Shown here: piece after piece, positions 8,460 through 17,131 of the stretch
Position numbering within the stretch: the first letter of the stretch is position 1
Layout of the letters: every line of letters begins with the position of its first letter
Assembly: GCA_029258755.1 (NCBI GenBank)
Contig: JAPDKC010000020.1
Location: forward strand, 532-64,531
Direction: 5' to 3'
Source of the DNA: an archaeon
GTDB taxonomy: Archaea > Iainarchaeota > Iainarchaeia > Iainarchaeales > DTGL01
DNA: 64,000 bases
Notes under the pieces: generated by a model
Databases searched by the model: none
What the model was told of the DNA's origin: nothing
Seen by the model: the letters and a program-made list of their open reading frames with translations, nothing else
Position numbers and translations under genes: made by a program

Positions 8460-11419
8460 GCACCTTCTAAAATCTTCTGTTCCAAATCTAGCCCTATAAC
8501 GCTTGATTTATCCTTGCTCATAGTCACGCCGATTATTTGGTCAGCTTTCTTTATAACAGCCTGGTTGTGGGTTATAACAATAATCTGGGCTTTTTTCGAG
8601 AATTCTTTCAAAGCGCTAGCTACTTTTTCAGAATTTATCTCATCCAGAGCTGCATCGGCTTCATCCAAAACATAGAGAGGTGCTGGCTTGTAGAGGAGTA
8701 TTGCGAAAATAAATGTAAGTGCTGTAAGAGTTTTTTCGCCACCGCTCATGCTATCTATAGATTGAAGCGCTTTGCCTTTATGTTTCGCCTCTATTATAAG
8801 GCCTGCGGAGGTGGGCTCATTATAATCGGTAAGCTTTAGTTCTGCATAACCTCCAAAAAATTTGTAAAACATGTTTGAAAAATTCTTTCTAATAGCGTTA
8901 AAGCATTCCATAAAAACCTCATTTCTTTTTATCTCTATCTTCCTTATCATATCAAGCACAGCTTCTCTTTCTTCCTCGAGTTTTTGTATCTTTTCCTTCA
9001 CCTCGAGCAGGGAAGCTTCTTCTTCCTTTATTGCCTCCGCTGCTTTTAGATTCACAGGCCCTATCGCTGCAAGCTCCTTTTCAACTTTTGCAAGCTCTTT
9101 CTTCAATTCCTTCGCGGTTAGTTCTGTTAGCAATTGTGTTTTTGGAAGATTTTTCAATTCCTCCTCCAAATCGGTAAGCCTTACCTCACTCTTCCCTATT
9201 TCCAAGCGAGCATTGTTTATCTCTTTTTCAATGAGCTTTTTCTCATTTTCCAAAGATTCCAGTTCGCTGCTCAATTTTTCAGCATGGATAAGCATGTTCT
9301 CCTTCTTATTGATAAGTCCTTTTATCGATTCTGCCCTTTCATTCCTCTTTATCTCAAGCTTTGCCAATCTTTCTTTAAACTTTTGTAGTGCCTTATTCCT
9401 TTCCTCGATGAATGTTTCGTTTTCCCTCTTTTCTTCAGCCAGCTTTTGTATCTTCGTCCTTATTTTTTTAATCTCTTCATCTAAAGATTTGATACGCTGC
9501 TCAGATGATGTGAGATTGTGCTCTAAAAGCTCTTTTTTGTGCTTTAGTTCCGCAAGCCTTTCTCTTAACAGTGTTGCCTCATCGCTTTTAAGTTTTCCTA
9601 ATTCTTCGAGCAAAAGTGCTTTTCTTTCCTTTATTTTGATCCTCTCGTTTTCGAGTTTATTTAGCTCTGCTTTGATAGATTCCAAATCAATTAGAGAGTG
9701 TTTTTCCTTCTCTAAAAGAATTGAAAGTTCCTTAAGTTCTTTTGTCAGTTCCTTGTAAGCTGAGCATTCCCTGCTAAGCTCATTTAGCTTTTCCAAATCA
9801 GCTTCAGCAGAAGCTATCTTCTCAGAAAGTTCTCGCAAAGCTTTCTTGGTTTCATTAAGCTTTTGCTCTAAGAACACTAAACCCTTCTTTTTCTTCTCCA
9901 GCAATGACTTTCTTTTAGCTTCGTCCAAAGTACTTTCGCATAGAGGGCATTTGGTTTTAACCTTCTCAAGACTGCTTAACGCTTCTTTTGTTTGCTCAAT
10001 CTTTGTTAGTATTTCCCTTTCATTCCCTATTAGCTCTTTTTCTCGGGCTTTTAAGGAACGCAATAATGAATCCAAATTTTTTCCCTCTAAAACCTGCATT
10101 TGCTCCTTTAGTTTGCTTAGCTTATCTCTCTGTTTTGTTAGTTCCTCTATTCTTCTTTCAAGCTCCGCTATTCTTTCTTTCCTCATTTCATTTTCTTTTT
10201 CCGCACTACTCAGCAATTTTTGTTTTTTAACCAATTCTCTGTTTATTTCCTCGATTTGTTCCTCAAGAGCCTTAAGCTTGTTTTCAATTCCTAACGCTTT
10301 TTCCTCAGAATCTTTTGCTGCTTCCTCTACTTCAATAAGCTTGCTTTCCACCTCTTCGAGCTCTTTTCCTATAGATGCAATCTTTTGCTTGTATTCCTCT
10401 ATCTTTTTTTCCTCAACCTTTTTTTGTTCGAGCGCGTTTTTAAGTTCTTCTGCCAACTCTTCCTCCTGCTGATCCAATCTCTCAATAAGCTCTTTTCTTG
10501 CGATTATCTGTTGTTCTGTAACCTTAAGCTTGCTGTTTAACTCCTCTATTTGCTTTCCATACTCTTCGAATAGCTTACTTTGCTCTTCCATTATTTTATT
10601 CGCTAAAGCATCGATCTTTTCCTTGAGCTCCTTAATCCTTTTCTTTATTTTATTCGCTAAGCCCTCTTTTTTCTCAAGAAGCTCTAAACTTTTTTTCAGC
10701 TTTTGCTTGTTTCGCTCAATCTCAGCATTTATAGAATCTATTTCTTTCTTAAGCATTGTTGCTTTAATCGCATCCCTGCGCTTAACAAGCTTTTGGTATC
10801 GCTCTGCCTGTTCGCGTTCCCTTTGAAGCTCCTCCAAGCGCTTTAATCTTTCTCCCAGAACCAGATTTACATCCTTTATCTTTTCATTCACCTTGTCCAA
10901 ATTTTTTTGCGCTTCTTCGCGTTTCAATTCAAATTCTTTTATGCCTGCAAGCTCATCTATTATTGTTCTCCTCTGCTCAGGGCTCATTTCGATTATTCTT
11001 GTAACATCGCCTTGAGCTATAAAATTATGGGCATTCCTTAAGCCGAGCTCTTTAACAAGCGAGACAAGCTCGCTAAGAGATTTTTGCTCATCGTTAATTC
11101 TACAAATGCTCTTTCCTTTCATATCTATAGTTCTGCTCAATGTAATTGTTTCCTTCCCTCTTTTTATTTTAAGTTCCACTTTTCCGTATTTTTCTCTAGC
11201 GTTGCTGTTAATCAAATCCGTTATTCGCGATGCGCGCAAGCTTCTCATAGATGTTTCGCCGAGAACAAAAAGCAGAGAATCGAGTATATTGCTTTTTCCT
11301 GAGCCGTTGGGTCCCACTATTACAGTAAACCCTTTCCTAAATGGTATATTTGCTTTTTTAAATGATTTAAAGTTCTTAAGCTTCAGCTCCTTAAGCTCTA
11401 CCATAGGAATCGCTGTCAT
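8456..11419 (-). CDS. smc: SMC-like chromosome-organisation ATPase with a central CxxC (zinc-hook-like) motif in place of a hinge domain
   Basis: N-terminal 'FRKGFTVIVGPNGSGKSNILDSLLFVLG' (SMC-type Walker A). C-terminal 'MSGGEKTLTALTFIFAILLYKPAPLYVLDEADAALDE' plus 'QIIVITHNQAVIKKADQIIGVTM' (SMC-type signature, Walker B and D-loop). The roughly 650 aa between them is predicted to be continuous coiled coil with no globular hinge. Mid-protein 'KVKTKCPLCESTLDE' is encoded at about 9935-9949. Confidence 0.75.
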   Translation of the reverse strand: MTAIPMVELKELKLKNFKSFKKANIPFRKGFTVIVGPNGSGKSNILDSLLFVLGETSMRSLRASRITDLINSNAREKYGKVELKIKRGKETITLSRTIDMKGKSICRINDEQKSLSELVSLVKELGLRNAHNFIAQGDVTRIIEMSPEQRRTIIDELAGIKEFELKREEAQKNLDKVNEKIKDVNLVLGERLKRLEELQREREQAERYQKLVKRRDAIKATMLKKEIDSINAEIERNKQKLKKSLELLEKKEGLANKIKKRIKELKEKIDALANKIMEEQSKLFEEYGKQIEELNSKLKVTEQQIIARKELIERLDQQEEELAEELKNALEQKKVEEKKIEEYKQKIASIGKELEEVESKLIEVEEAAKDSEEKALGIENKLKALEEQIEEINRELVKKQKLLSSAEKENEMRKERIAELERRIEELTKQRDKLSKLKEQMQVLEGKNLDSLLRSLKAREKELIGNEREILTKIEQTKEALSSLEKVKTKCPLCESTLDEAKRKSLLEKKKKGLVFLEQKLNETKKALRELSEKIASAEADLEKLNELSRECSAYKELTKELKELSILLEKEKHSLIDLESIKAELNKLENERIKIKERKALLLEELGKLKSDEATLLRERLAELKHKKELLEHNLTSSEQRIKSLDEEIKKIRTKIQKLAEEKRENETFIEERNKALQKFKERLAKLEIKRNERAESIKGLINKKENMLIHAEKLSSELESLENEKKLIEKEINNARLEIGKSEVRLTDLEEELKNLPKTQLLTELTAKELKKELAKVEKELAAIGPVNLKAAEAIKEEEASLLEVKEKIQKLEEEREAVLDMIRKIEIKRNEVFMECFNAIRKNFSNMFYKFFGGYAELKLTDYNEPTSAGLIIEAKHKGKALQSIDSMSGGEKTLTALTFIFAILLYKPAPLYVLDEADAALDEINSEKVASALKEFSKKAQIIVITHNQAVIKKADQIIGVTMSKDKSSVIGLDLEQKILEGA

Positions 11420-12210
11420 CTGGCTTTAGAGAAAGTAAGATAGTAATCAGTTATCGTTCCTAGGGAAAATGCAAAAATGAAGGTATTAAAAGCAGCATAT
11501 AGCAAGAGCACAGCAAGTGTATTTTCAAACATACTTAATACAAAGTATTGAAGAGCAACTATTACTAGTGTTATAAGCGCTAATACCAAACCTAGCGCTA
11601 TGGACTGCCAGAAAAATTTTCCTGTAAAATGCCAGCTGGCTTGTAGGGCTTTTCTTACATTGGCCTTTTGAGCAATCGCCGGCAAAGAAAACATAAACAG
11701 GCGCATAGCGGCTATAGAGATAAAGAGGGCAAAAAATATCAAAGCAAGGAAACCAAAGAAGAAATTAAAACCAAAGAGGTTGATAAGCGCTAAACTAATA
11801 ATCCCAGCTGCAGCAAAGAAAACGCCAAGAACGATTAAAAGCCCCAAAGAGCTTCCTATAGAGCTCAAAACAAAGCCAAGGGCTTTGCTTAGGTTCTTTC
11901 GTTTTCTTTCTAAAATAACACACTTTGAGTAATAGATCCCGATAAGAATGCTAAACCATAAATTAATTAATGAGGCAGAGAACATAACCAGAAGATTCTG
12001 GAATTTCGCCTTTATAAGAAACAATAATGTTGCAATAAAATCTGCTTCGATAATATTGGAGTAAAGAATTTTGTCGGCTATAGCCTCAACAAATGCTTGC
12101 AAGAAGAAAAAGAATAAGAACGCGCTTATAATTGCTCCTACAAACGGCACTATCAGAATGTATGGTTTTTTTGCTATAAGTTTTAGGGAATTGAGTATAG
12201 AGGCCAGCAT
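11416..12210 (-). CDS. Polytopic membrane protein, uncharacterised; its stop overlaps the downstream smc-like start by 4 nt
   Basis: Six to seven hydrophobic helices. Translationally coupled to the SMC-like gene (ATGA-type overlap at 11416-11419). Confidence 0.5.
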   Translation of the reverse strand: MLASILNSLKLIAKKPYILIVPFVGAIISAFLFFFFLQAFVEAIADKILYSNIIEADFIATLLFLIKAKFQNLLVMFSASLINLWFSILIGIYYSKCVILERKRKNLSKALGFVLSSIGSSLGLLIVLGVFFAAAGIISLALINLFGFNFFFGFLALIFFALFISIAAMRLFMFSLPAIAQKANVRKALQASWHFTGKFFWQSIALGLVLALITLVIVALQYFVLSMFENTLAVLLLYAAFNTFIFAFSLGTITDYYLTFSKAR

Positions 12211-12275
12211 GCAACCACTTTTTAATATAGGTAACGAGCTTTTTTATTCTTTTTCATTCCTTTTTTGCTTATCTG

Positions 12276-13241
12276 TTATTCCAAGATCTCCACATGGTCT
12301 ATCAAGCCATCGCTGTCCAAATCTAGGCCTTCGACAACATGAGCGCAGCTACGCTTGTTAAACCTATTCGGCTTTATTATCTCCTCTGTGTTTTGAATTA
12401 AAGCCAAAACAGCCGCTTTTGTTCCAGCATTCCTTTTTCCCGCTATAAACAATATAGCCTTATCCTCGAAGTAAGGGTGCTTTATCTTCTCTATTATCCC
12501 AACAGCGTCTTCCGTGTATTCTTTCTCGGAGTTCTCGCTTATTATGAGCCAGTGAGCGTTCTTCTGCTCAAACCTTATGGAAAGATGTTCGTTCACTTCA
12601 GCGCTTGTTTTATTTGTTATTGGACCTCCGATAACTATAATATTATCATTTACTTTGCTTATATGGGGAAGCATCGTATCTAAAAACACGTAAGGGTAAC
12701 GAATGCTTCTGCAGAGGGTTCCGAGAAAGCCAGCAAGTTCTGTAGCTATGTGAGCATCTCTGGCCCTTGCTTTAAATACGCCGTGCGAATCTGGGGCGCC
12801 AACAACAATCTTCGCGTTGAGCTCGTTGTTTTCTATAAATGGATGGAAGAATTCTTGCAAGGGCTTTGGCATCCCTTTTTCCATGCCCTGAAGCTTTGAT
12901 ATGCTTGCAGAATCAAGTTGAGGAACAAAAGCAAAGCAGCTAACGTTTGCTTTGTAGTATTTCGCTAAGCCGCCTCTTTTTTCCTCGCGCTTTGTAAGCT
13001 TCACTAAGCCAGCGTTTTTGAGTTTATTTATATAATAATAAACCTCTTGTTGCTGCAATCCAAGTTTCTTTGCGATGTCTGCAGGATAGCTTTCCTTTTT
13101 GGAGAGCTCTTTAAATATAAGCCAGCATTTTTCATTTAGCAATGGTTTCAGCTTTTCTGTTGATTCTAGTACTTCAGCATCACACACGAAATACCTATTA
13201 TCTTTTTGAAAGGATAAACGAGCAAGCAATCTTACCACCAT
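12276..13241 (-). CDS. Winged-helix (ArsR/MarR-like) domain protein with an uncharacterised C-terminal domain
   Basis: 'SYPADIAKKLGLQQQEVYYYINKLKNAGLVKLTKRE' is a wHTH recognition helix plus wing. The C-terminal roughly 200 aa has no recognised motifs. Same strand as, and upstream of, the membrane-protein/SMC-like pair. Confidence 0.5.
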   Translation of the reverse strand: MVVRLLARLSFQKDNRYFVCDAEVLESTEKLKPLLNEKCWLIFKELSKKESYPADIAKKLGLQQQEVYYYINKLKNAGLVKLTKREEKRGGLAKYYKANVSCFAFVPQLDSASISKLQGMEKGMPKPLQEFFHPFIENNELNAKIVVGAPDSHGVFKARARDAHIATELAGFLGTLCRSIRYPYVFLDTMLPHISKVNDNIIVIGGPITNKTSAEVNEHLSIRFEQKNAHWLIISENSEKEYTEDAVGIIEKIKHPYFEDKAILFIAGKRNAGTKAAVLALIQNTEEIIKPNRFNKRSCAHVVEGLDLDSDGLIDHVEILE

Positions 13242-13415
13242 AATGCAATTTTTACCACTTTGAAATAATTTTTAATAATAGTGGGAATGTTTTTTATTTA
13301 TAACGCCTTATTCCTGCAAAAGCACTAAGAATTGTTTATTAATGGTACCAAAATGCTTCCAGCGGGATTTAAAAAGCACGGAGCAAAATTACTTTTACGT
13401 TTTCTAGGGATTGCT

Positions 13416-15164
13416 ATGTGCGGAATAATAGGTGTGCTTACTAAAGAGGGAAATGCTGGTAAATTGGCTTATGAGGGCATAAAAAGGCTAGATTATAGGG
13501 GCTATGATAGCTGGGGGATAGCGGTAAAAGGAAGTGGTTTAAGTATCTACAAGCGCACAGGCAAGATAGGAAGCATTCCTAATAAGCTCCTTCAAGGTAG
13601 TATTGCTATTGCCCATACAAGATGGGCGACCCATGGCAAGATCTCTGTAAGAAATGCCCATCCACATCTATCCCAAAATGGAAAGATTGCTGTTGTACAC
13701 AATGGCGTGATTGAAAACTTTCAGGAGCTTAGGGATTTCTTAGCGGAAAAAGGTTTTGTTTTCAAAAGTGACACAGACAGCGAGGTAATACCAATGCTCA
13801 TAGAGATGTACTTAGAAGAGGGCTGCAGCTTCAGAGAAGCTGTAAGAAAAGCACTATTGCACCTCAAGGGAAGCTATGCCATAGTTGCAATATATGAGCC
13901 AGAGCATATAATGATAGGTGCAAAGAACGCTAGCCCCTTGGTTGTTGGTCTGAGCGATGGAAGGGTTTTGTTCGCTAGCGATTTACAAGCAATAGCTCCT
14001 TATGCTGAAGAAGCAATTTTCCTCTCAGACCTCGAGCTTGTTGAAGCAAGCCCCGAAATTAAAATCTACAACATAGAAAGCGGTCTTTCTATAAAAAAGC
14101 TCCCGAAGAAAATAGACATTAACCTGTGTTATGCTGACAAGAAGGGATTTGAACATTATATGCTCAAAGAGATTTATGAGCAAGAGCAAGCAATAATTAA
14201 TGCTTCAGCTCAAAACGAATCATTGCTGAATAAGGTTGTTGAATCCATTAAAAGTGCTAATAAAGTTTTCATAATTGGCTGTGGAACAAGCAGGCATGCT
14301 GCAATGCTTGCCAGCTATATGTTTGCTAAAATTTCTAAATTGAATGCAAGCGCTTTGCTCGCATCCGAGTTTCCAAACTTTGCAAACCTTATTGATGAAA
14401 AAACGGTTATCATCGCTTTGTCTCAGAGTGGTGAAACTGCAGACGTTCTTGAGGCTGTAAGAGCGGCTAAAAGGAAAGGTGCAAAGATAATAAGCATAGT
14501 GAATGTTATGGGTTCCAGTTTGATGCAGATAAGCGATATAAACCTAATGATGAACGCTGGTCCAGAAGTATGCGTTCTTGCAACAAAAAGCTATTTAGCA
14601 CAGCTCGCAATACTTTACCTAATTGCCAACCATTTAATTGGCAATACTGAGCAAGCTAAAAAAGAGCTTGCAGAAGCAGCAAAAAAAGTGCCAATAATCA
14701 TAAAAAAGAACGAAAGAAAGGCAAAGCTGCTTGCGTCCAAACTCAAAAACACAAGCAGCATTTTTGTTATAGGGAAAAACGCATGCAGCATAACAGCTCT
14801 TGAAGGCGCTCTCAAAATAAAGGAAGTAAGCTATATTCATGCTGAAGGTTATGCTTCGGCAGAATTAAAGCATGGACCAATAGCGTTAATCGAAAAAAAC
14901 GTGCCTGTTATAGTTTTTGCACCGGATGCGAGCGACGAAAGCATAACTAATGCGATAGAGGCTAAGTCGCGAGGAGCACTTATCATCGGGGTCTCTACTG
15001 AAAGAGCAAAGTGTTTTGACTATTTTTTCAATGTGCCTTGCAAAGAACTATTTCCGATCCTTTCCATCATACCGATCCAATTGCTTGCATACTATCTCGC
15101 TTTAGAAAGAGGCTTAGATCCTGACAAACCAAGAAATTTAGCAAAATCTGTTACGGTGAAATGA
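13416..15164 (+). CDS. glmS: Glutamine--fructose-6-phosphate aminotransferase (isomerising), GlmS
   Basis: Starts 'MCGIIGV' (Ntn Cys1 of the class II amidotransferase) and has two SIS domains. The start is set at the ATG at 13416; the track ORF from 13332 is over-extended. Confidence 0.9.
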   Translation: MCGIIGVLTKEGNAGKLAYEGIKRLDYRGYDSWGIAVKGSGLSIYKRTGKIGSIPNKLLQGSIAIAHTRWATHGKISVRNAHPHLSQNGKIAVVHNGVIENFQELRDFLAEKGFVFKSDTDSEVIPMLIEMYLEEGCSFREAVRKALLHLKGSYAIVAIYEPEHIMIGAKNASPLVVGLSDGRVLFASDLQAIAPYAEEAIFLSDLELVEASPEIKIYNIESGLSIKKLPKKIDINLCYADKKGFEHYMLKEIYEQEQAIINASAQNESLLNKVVESIKSANKVFIIGCGTSRHAAMLASYMFAKISKLNASALLASEFPNFANLIDEKTVIIALSQSGETADVLEAVRAAKRKGAKIISIVNVMGSSLMQISDINLMMNAGPEVCVLATKSYLAQLAILYLIANHLIGNTEQAKKELAEAAKKVPIIIKKNERKAKLLASKLKNTSSIFVIGKNACSITALEGALKIKEVSYIHAEGYASAELKHGPIALIEKNVPVIVFAPDASDESITNAIEAKSRGALIIGVSTERAKCFDYFFNVPCKELFPILSIIPIQLLAYYLALERGLDPDKPRNLAKSVTVK

Positions 15165-16508
15165 ATGGCTACGCTAAAACTTTTTGGTACAGACGGGATA
15201 AGAGGAATTGCTAACCATTATCCAATAGAGCCAGCGACGATAGTTAAGATAGGCAAAGCATTGGGTTTGTTTCTAAAGAAGAAGGAAAAGAAAGCAAGCG
15301 TTGTCTTAGGCAAGGATACGAGGCTTAGCGGTTATATGGTAGAATATGCTTTAACCTCAGGTCTTCTCTCTGCAGGCATAGATGTTCTGCTTGTTGGACC
15401 TATGCCTACTCCAGCGATATCTCACCTAACAAAATCCCTGAACTGCAGTGCAGGCGTTGTTGTAAGCGCTTCTCATAATCCTGCCGAGCATAACGGAATA
15501 AAGATATTTTCAGCGAATGGCTATAAGTTAGATAAGCAAGCGGAGTGCAAGATAGAAGAAATATTTCTGAAGCTAGATTCTTATGCTAGTGAAGATGTTG
15601 GAAAAGCTTACCGAATAGATGATGCAAGAGGCCGTTACATAGAGTTTGTTAAGAGCACCATAGATAATTTTTCACTTGATGGAATGCGCATTGCTATTGA
15701 TTGCGCTAATGGCGCTAGCTATTCGATAGCTCCGAAAGTTTTCTCTGAATTGGGAGCTGAAGTTTTTGCTATTAATAATGCTCCAGATGGGCTGAATATA
15801 AATAGAAATTGTGGTGCTTTATACCCTGAAGCAATACAGAGCGAAGTCAAAAAAAGGAAAGCAGACATTGGCATAGCGTTTGATGGTGACGCTGATCGCT
15901 TGCTTGTTTGTGATGAAAAAGGCAGAGTATTAGCAGGAGATATTCTCATAGCAATTTTTGCAACCCATCTTTTAGAACAAGATACACTTTCAAGAAATGC
16001 AATAGTAGTCACTAAAATGAGTAATATGGCTTTAGACAAATTTTTGAATGAGAAAGGCATAGAAGTAATACGCACAGATGTCGGTGATAAAAACGTTATG
16101 CAAGCGATGCGCGAGCATAACACAAACTTTGGTGCTGAACAATCAGGACATATAATATTTGCCGATTATTGTGTAACTCCGGATGCTATAATAGCAGCAT
16201 TGCAGCTTGCAAGAATATTGAAGGAAAAAGGCAAAAAGCTGAGCAAGTTAGCGGAACTTTTCACACTTTATCCACAAATCCTTATAAACGTTCCAGTTAA
16301 AGAGAAGATACCGTTTGAAAATATCCCTTCAGTAAGGAGTGCTATTGAAAGGGCTAAAGATGAGCTTGGGGATGAAGGCAGAGTATTTGTTAGATATTCG
16401 GGAACGGAGCAGCTTGCAAGGGTTATGGTGGAAGGTAAAAATAAACAGAAAATAAAACTGCTTGCAGAAGAGATAGCCGGTGCTATAAGAAAGGAGTTGG
16501 GAGCATGA
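15165..16508 (+). CDS. glmM: Phosphoglucosamine mutase / phosphohexomutase (GlmM-like)
   Basis: Phosphoserine loop 'SASHNPAEHNGIK' and Mg-binding 'FDGDADR'. Directly downstream of glmS. Confidence 0.85.
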   Translation: MATLKLFGTDGIRGIANHYPIEPATIVKIGKALGLFLKKKEKKASVVLGKDTRLSGYMVEYALTSGLLSAGIDVLLVGPMPTPAISHLTKSLNCSAGVVVSASHNPAEHNGIKIFSANGYKLDKQAECKIEEIFLKLDSYASEDVGKAYRIDDARGRYIEFVKSTIDNFSLDGMRIAIDCANGASYSIAPKVFSELGAEVFAINNAPDGLNINRNCGALYPEAIQSEVKKRKADIGIAFDGDADRLLVCDEKGRVLAGDILIAIFATHLLEQDTLSRNAIVVTKMSNMALDKFLNEKGIEVIRTDVGDKNVMQAMREHNTNFGAEQSGHIIFADYCVTPDAIIAALQLARILKEKGKKLSKLAELFTLYPQILINVPVKEKIPFENIPSVRSAIERAKDELGDEGRVFVRYSGTEQLARVMVEGKNKQKIKLLAEEIAGAIRKELGA

Positions 16509-17131
16509 AAATAACTATTGAGAGTATTCTTGAGGAGGCTAAAAAGCTTATTGATGACCCCGAGCCAAAATTCTGGGAACTTATAAACAAGCTGGAAAAG
16601 GTTGAGATAAAAACAGAACTCCTTGGCGAAATAGAGGATAACGTTGTAATAAAAGGTGATCTTTACTTAGGTAAAAATTCTGTGATAAAATCTGGAACGA
16701 GGATAGAAGGAAATGTATATATAGGTGAAAACTGCACCATAGGACCAAATGCTTATTTTCGTGGCAATGTTATCATTGCCAACAACTGCAAAATCTCGTA
16801 CTCGGAAATAAAAAACTCCATAATACTTTCACATACAAATGTTCCGCATTTCTCTTATGTAGGAGATTCTATATTGGGGGAAGATGTAAATCTCGGTGCA
16901 GGTACGAAGATAGCAAACCTGCGCTTAGATGAAAAAAATATTCAAGTAGAGATTTGCGGAAAAAAGTTTGACAGCAATAGAAGAAAGCTGGGTGCCCTTA
17001 TAAAATCCGGCACAAAAACTGGAATAAACGTTTCCATAAACTGTGGCGTTGTAATTGGAAAAAATTGCTTTATATATCCAGGGGCATTTGTTAAAGAAAG
17101 CATAGCCGATAATACTATTTTTACGCGCTAA
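16505..17131 (+). CDS. Hexapeptide-repeat (left-handed beta-helix) acetyltransferase, resembling the GlmU C-terminal domain
   Basis: Repeated [LIV]G-x4 hexapeptides ('IGENCTIGPNAYFRGNVIIANNCKI'). No N-terminal nucleotidyltransferase domain. Translationally coupled to glmM. Confidence 0.7.
   Translation: MKITIESILEEAKKLIDDPEPKFWELINKLEKVEIKTELLGEIEDNVVIKGDLYLGKNSVIKSGTRIEGNVYIGENCTIGPNAYFRGNVIIANNCKISYSEIKNSIILSHTNVPHFSYVGDSILGEDVNLGAGTKIANLRLDEKNIQVEICGKKFDSNRRKLGALIKSGTKTGINVSINCGVVIGKNCFIYPGAFVKESIADNTIFTR

Noticed and set aside
8456-11419. Calling the 987-aa coiled-coil ATPase Rad50 because of its CxxC hook
   Set aside because: The head motifs ('KGFTVIVGPNGSGKSNI', 'SGGEKTLTALTFIFAI...YVLDEADAALD', 'IIVITH...GVTM') are SMC-type rather than Rad50-type. 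The arms have SMC length and no Mre11 is adjacent. It is kept as an SMC-like variant with a hook.
8537-11429. Multiple plus-strand ORFs (8871-9758, 9846-10472, 10530-10826, 11106-11429 and others) inside the SMC-like gene
   Set aside because: These are S/F/L-rich translations of the antisense of a K/E-rich coiled-coil gene. They lack starts in sensible context and are nested in a strongly supported CDS.
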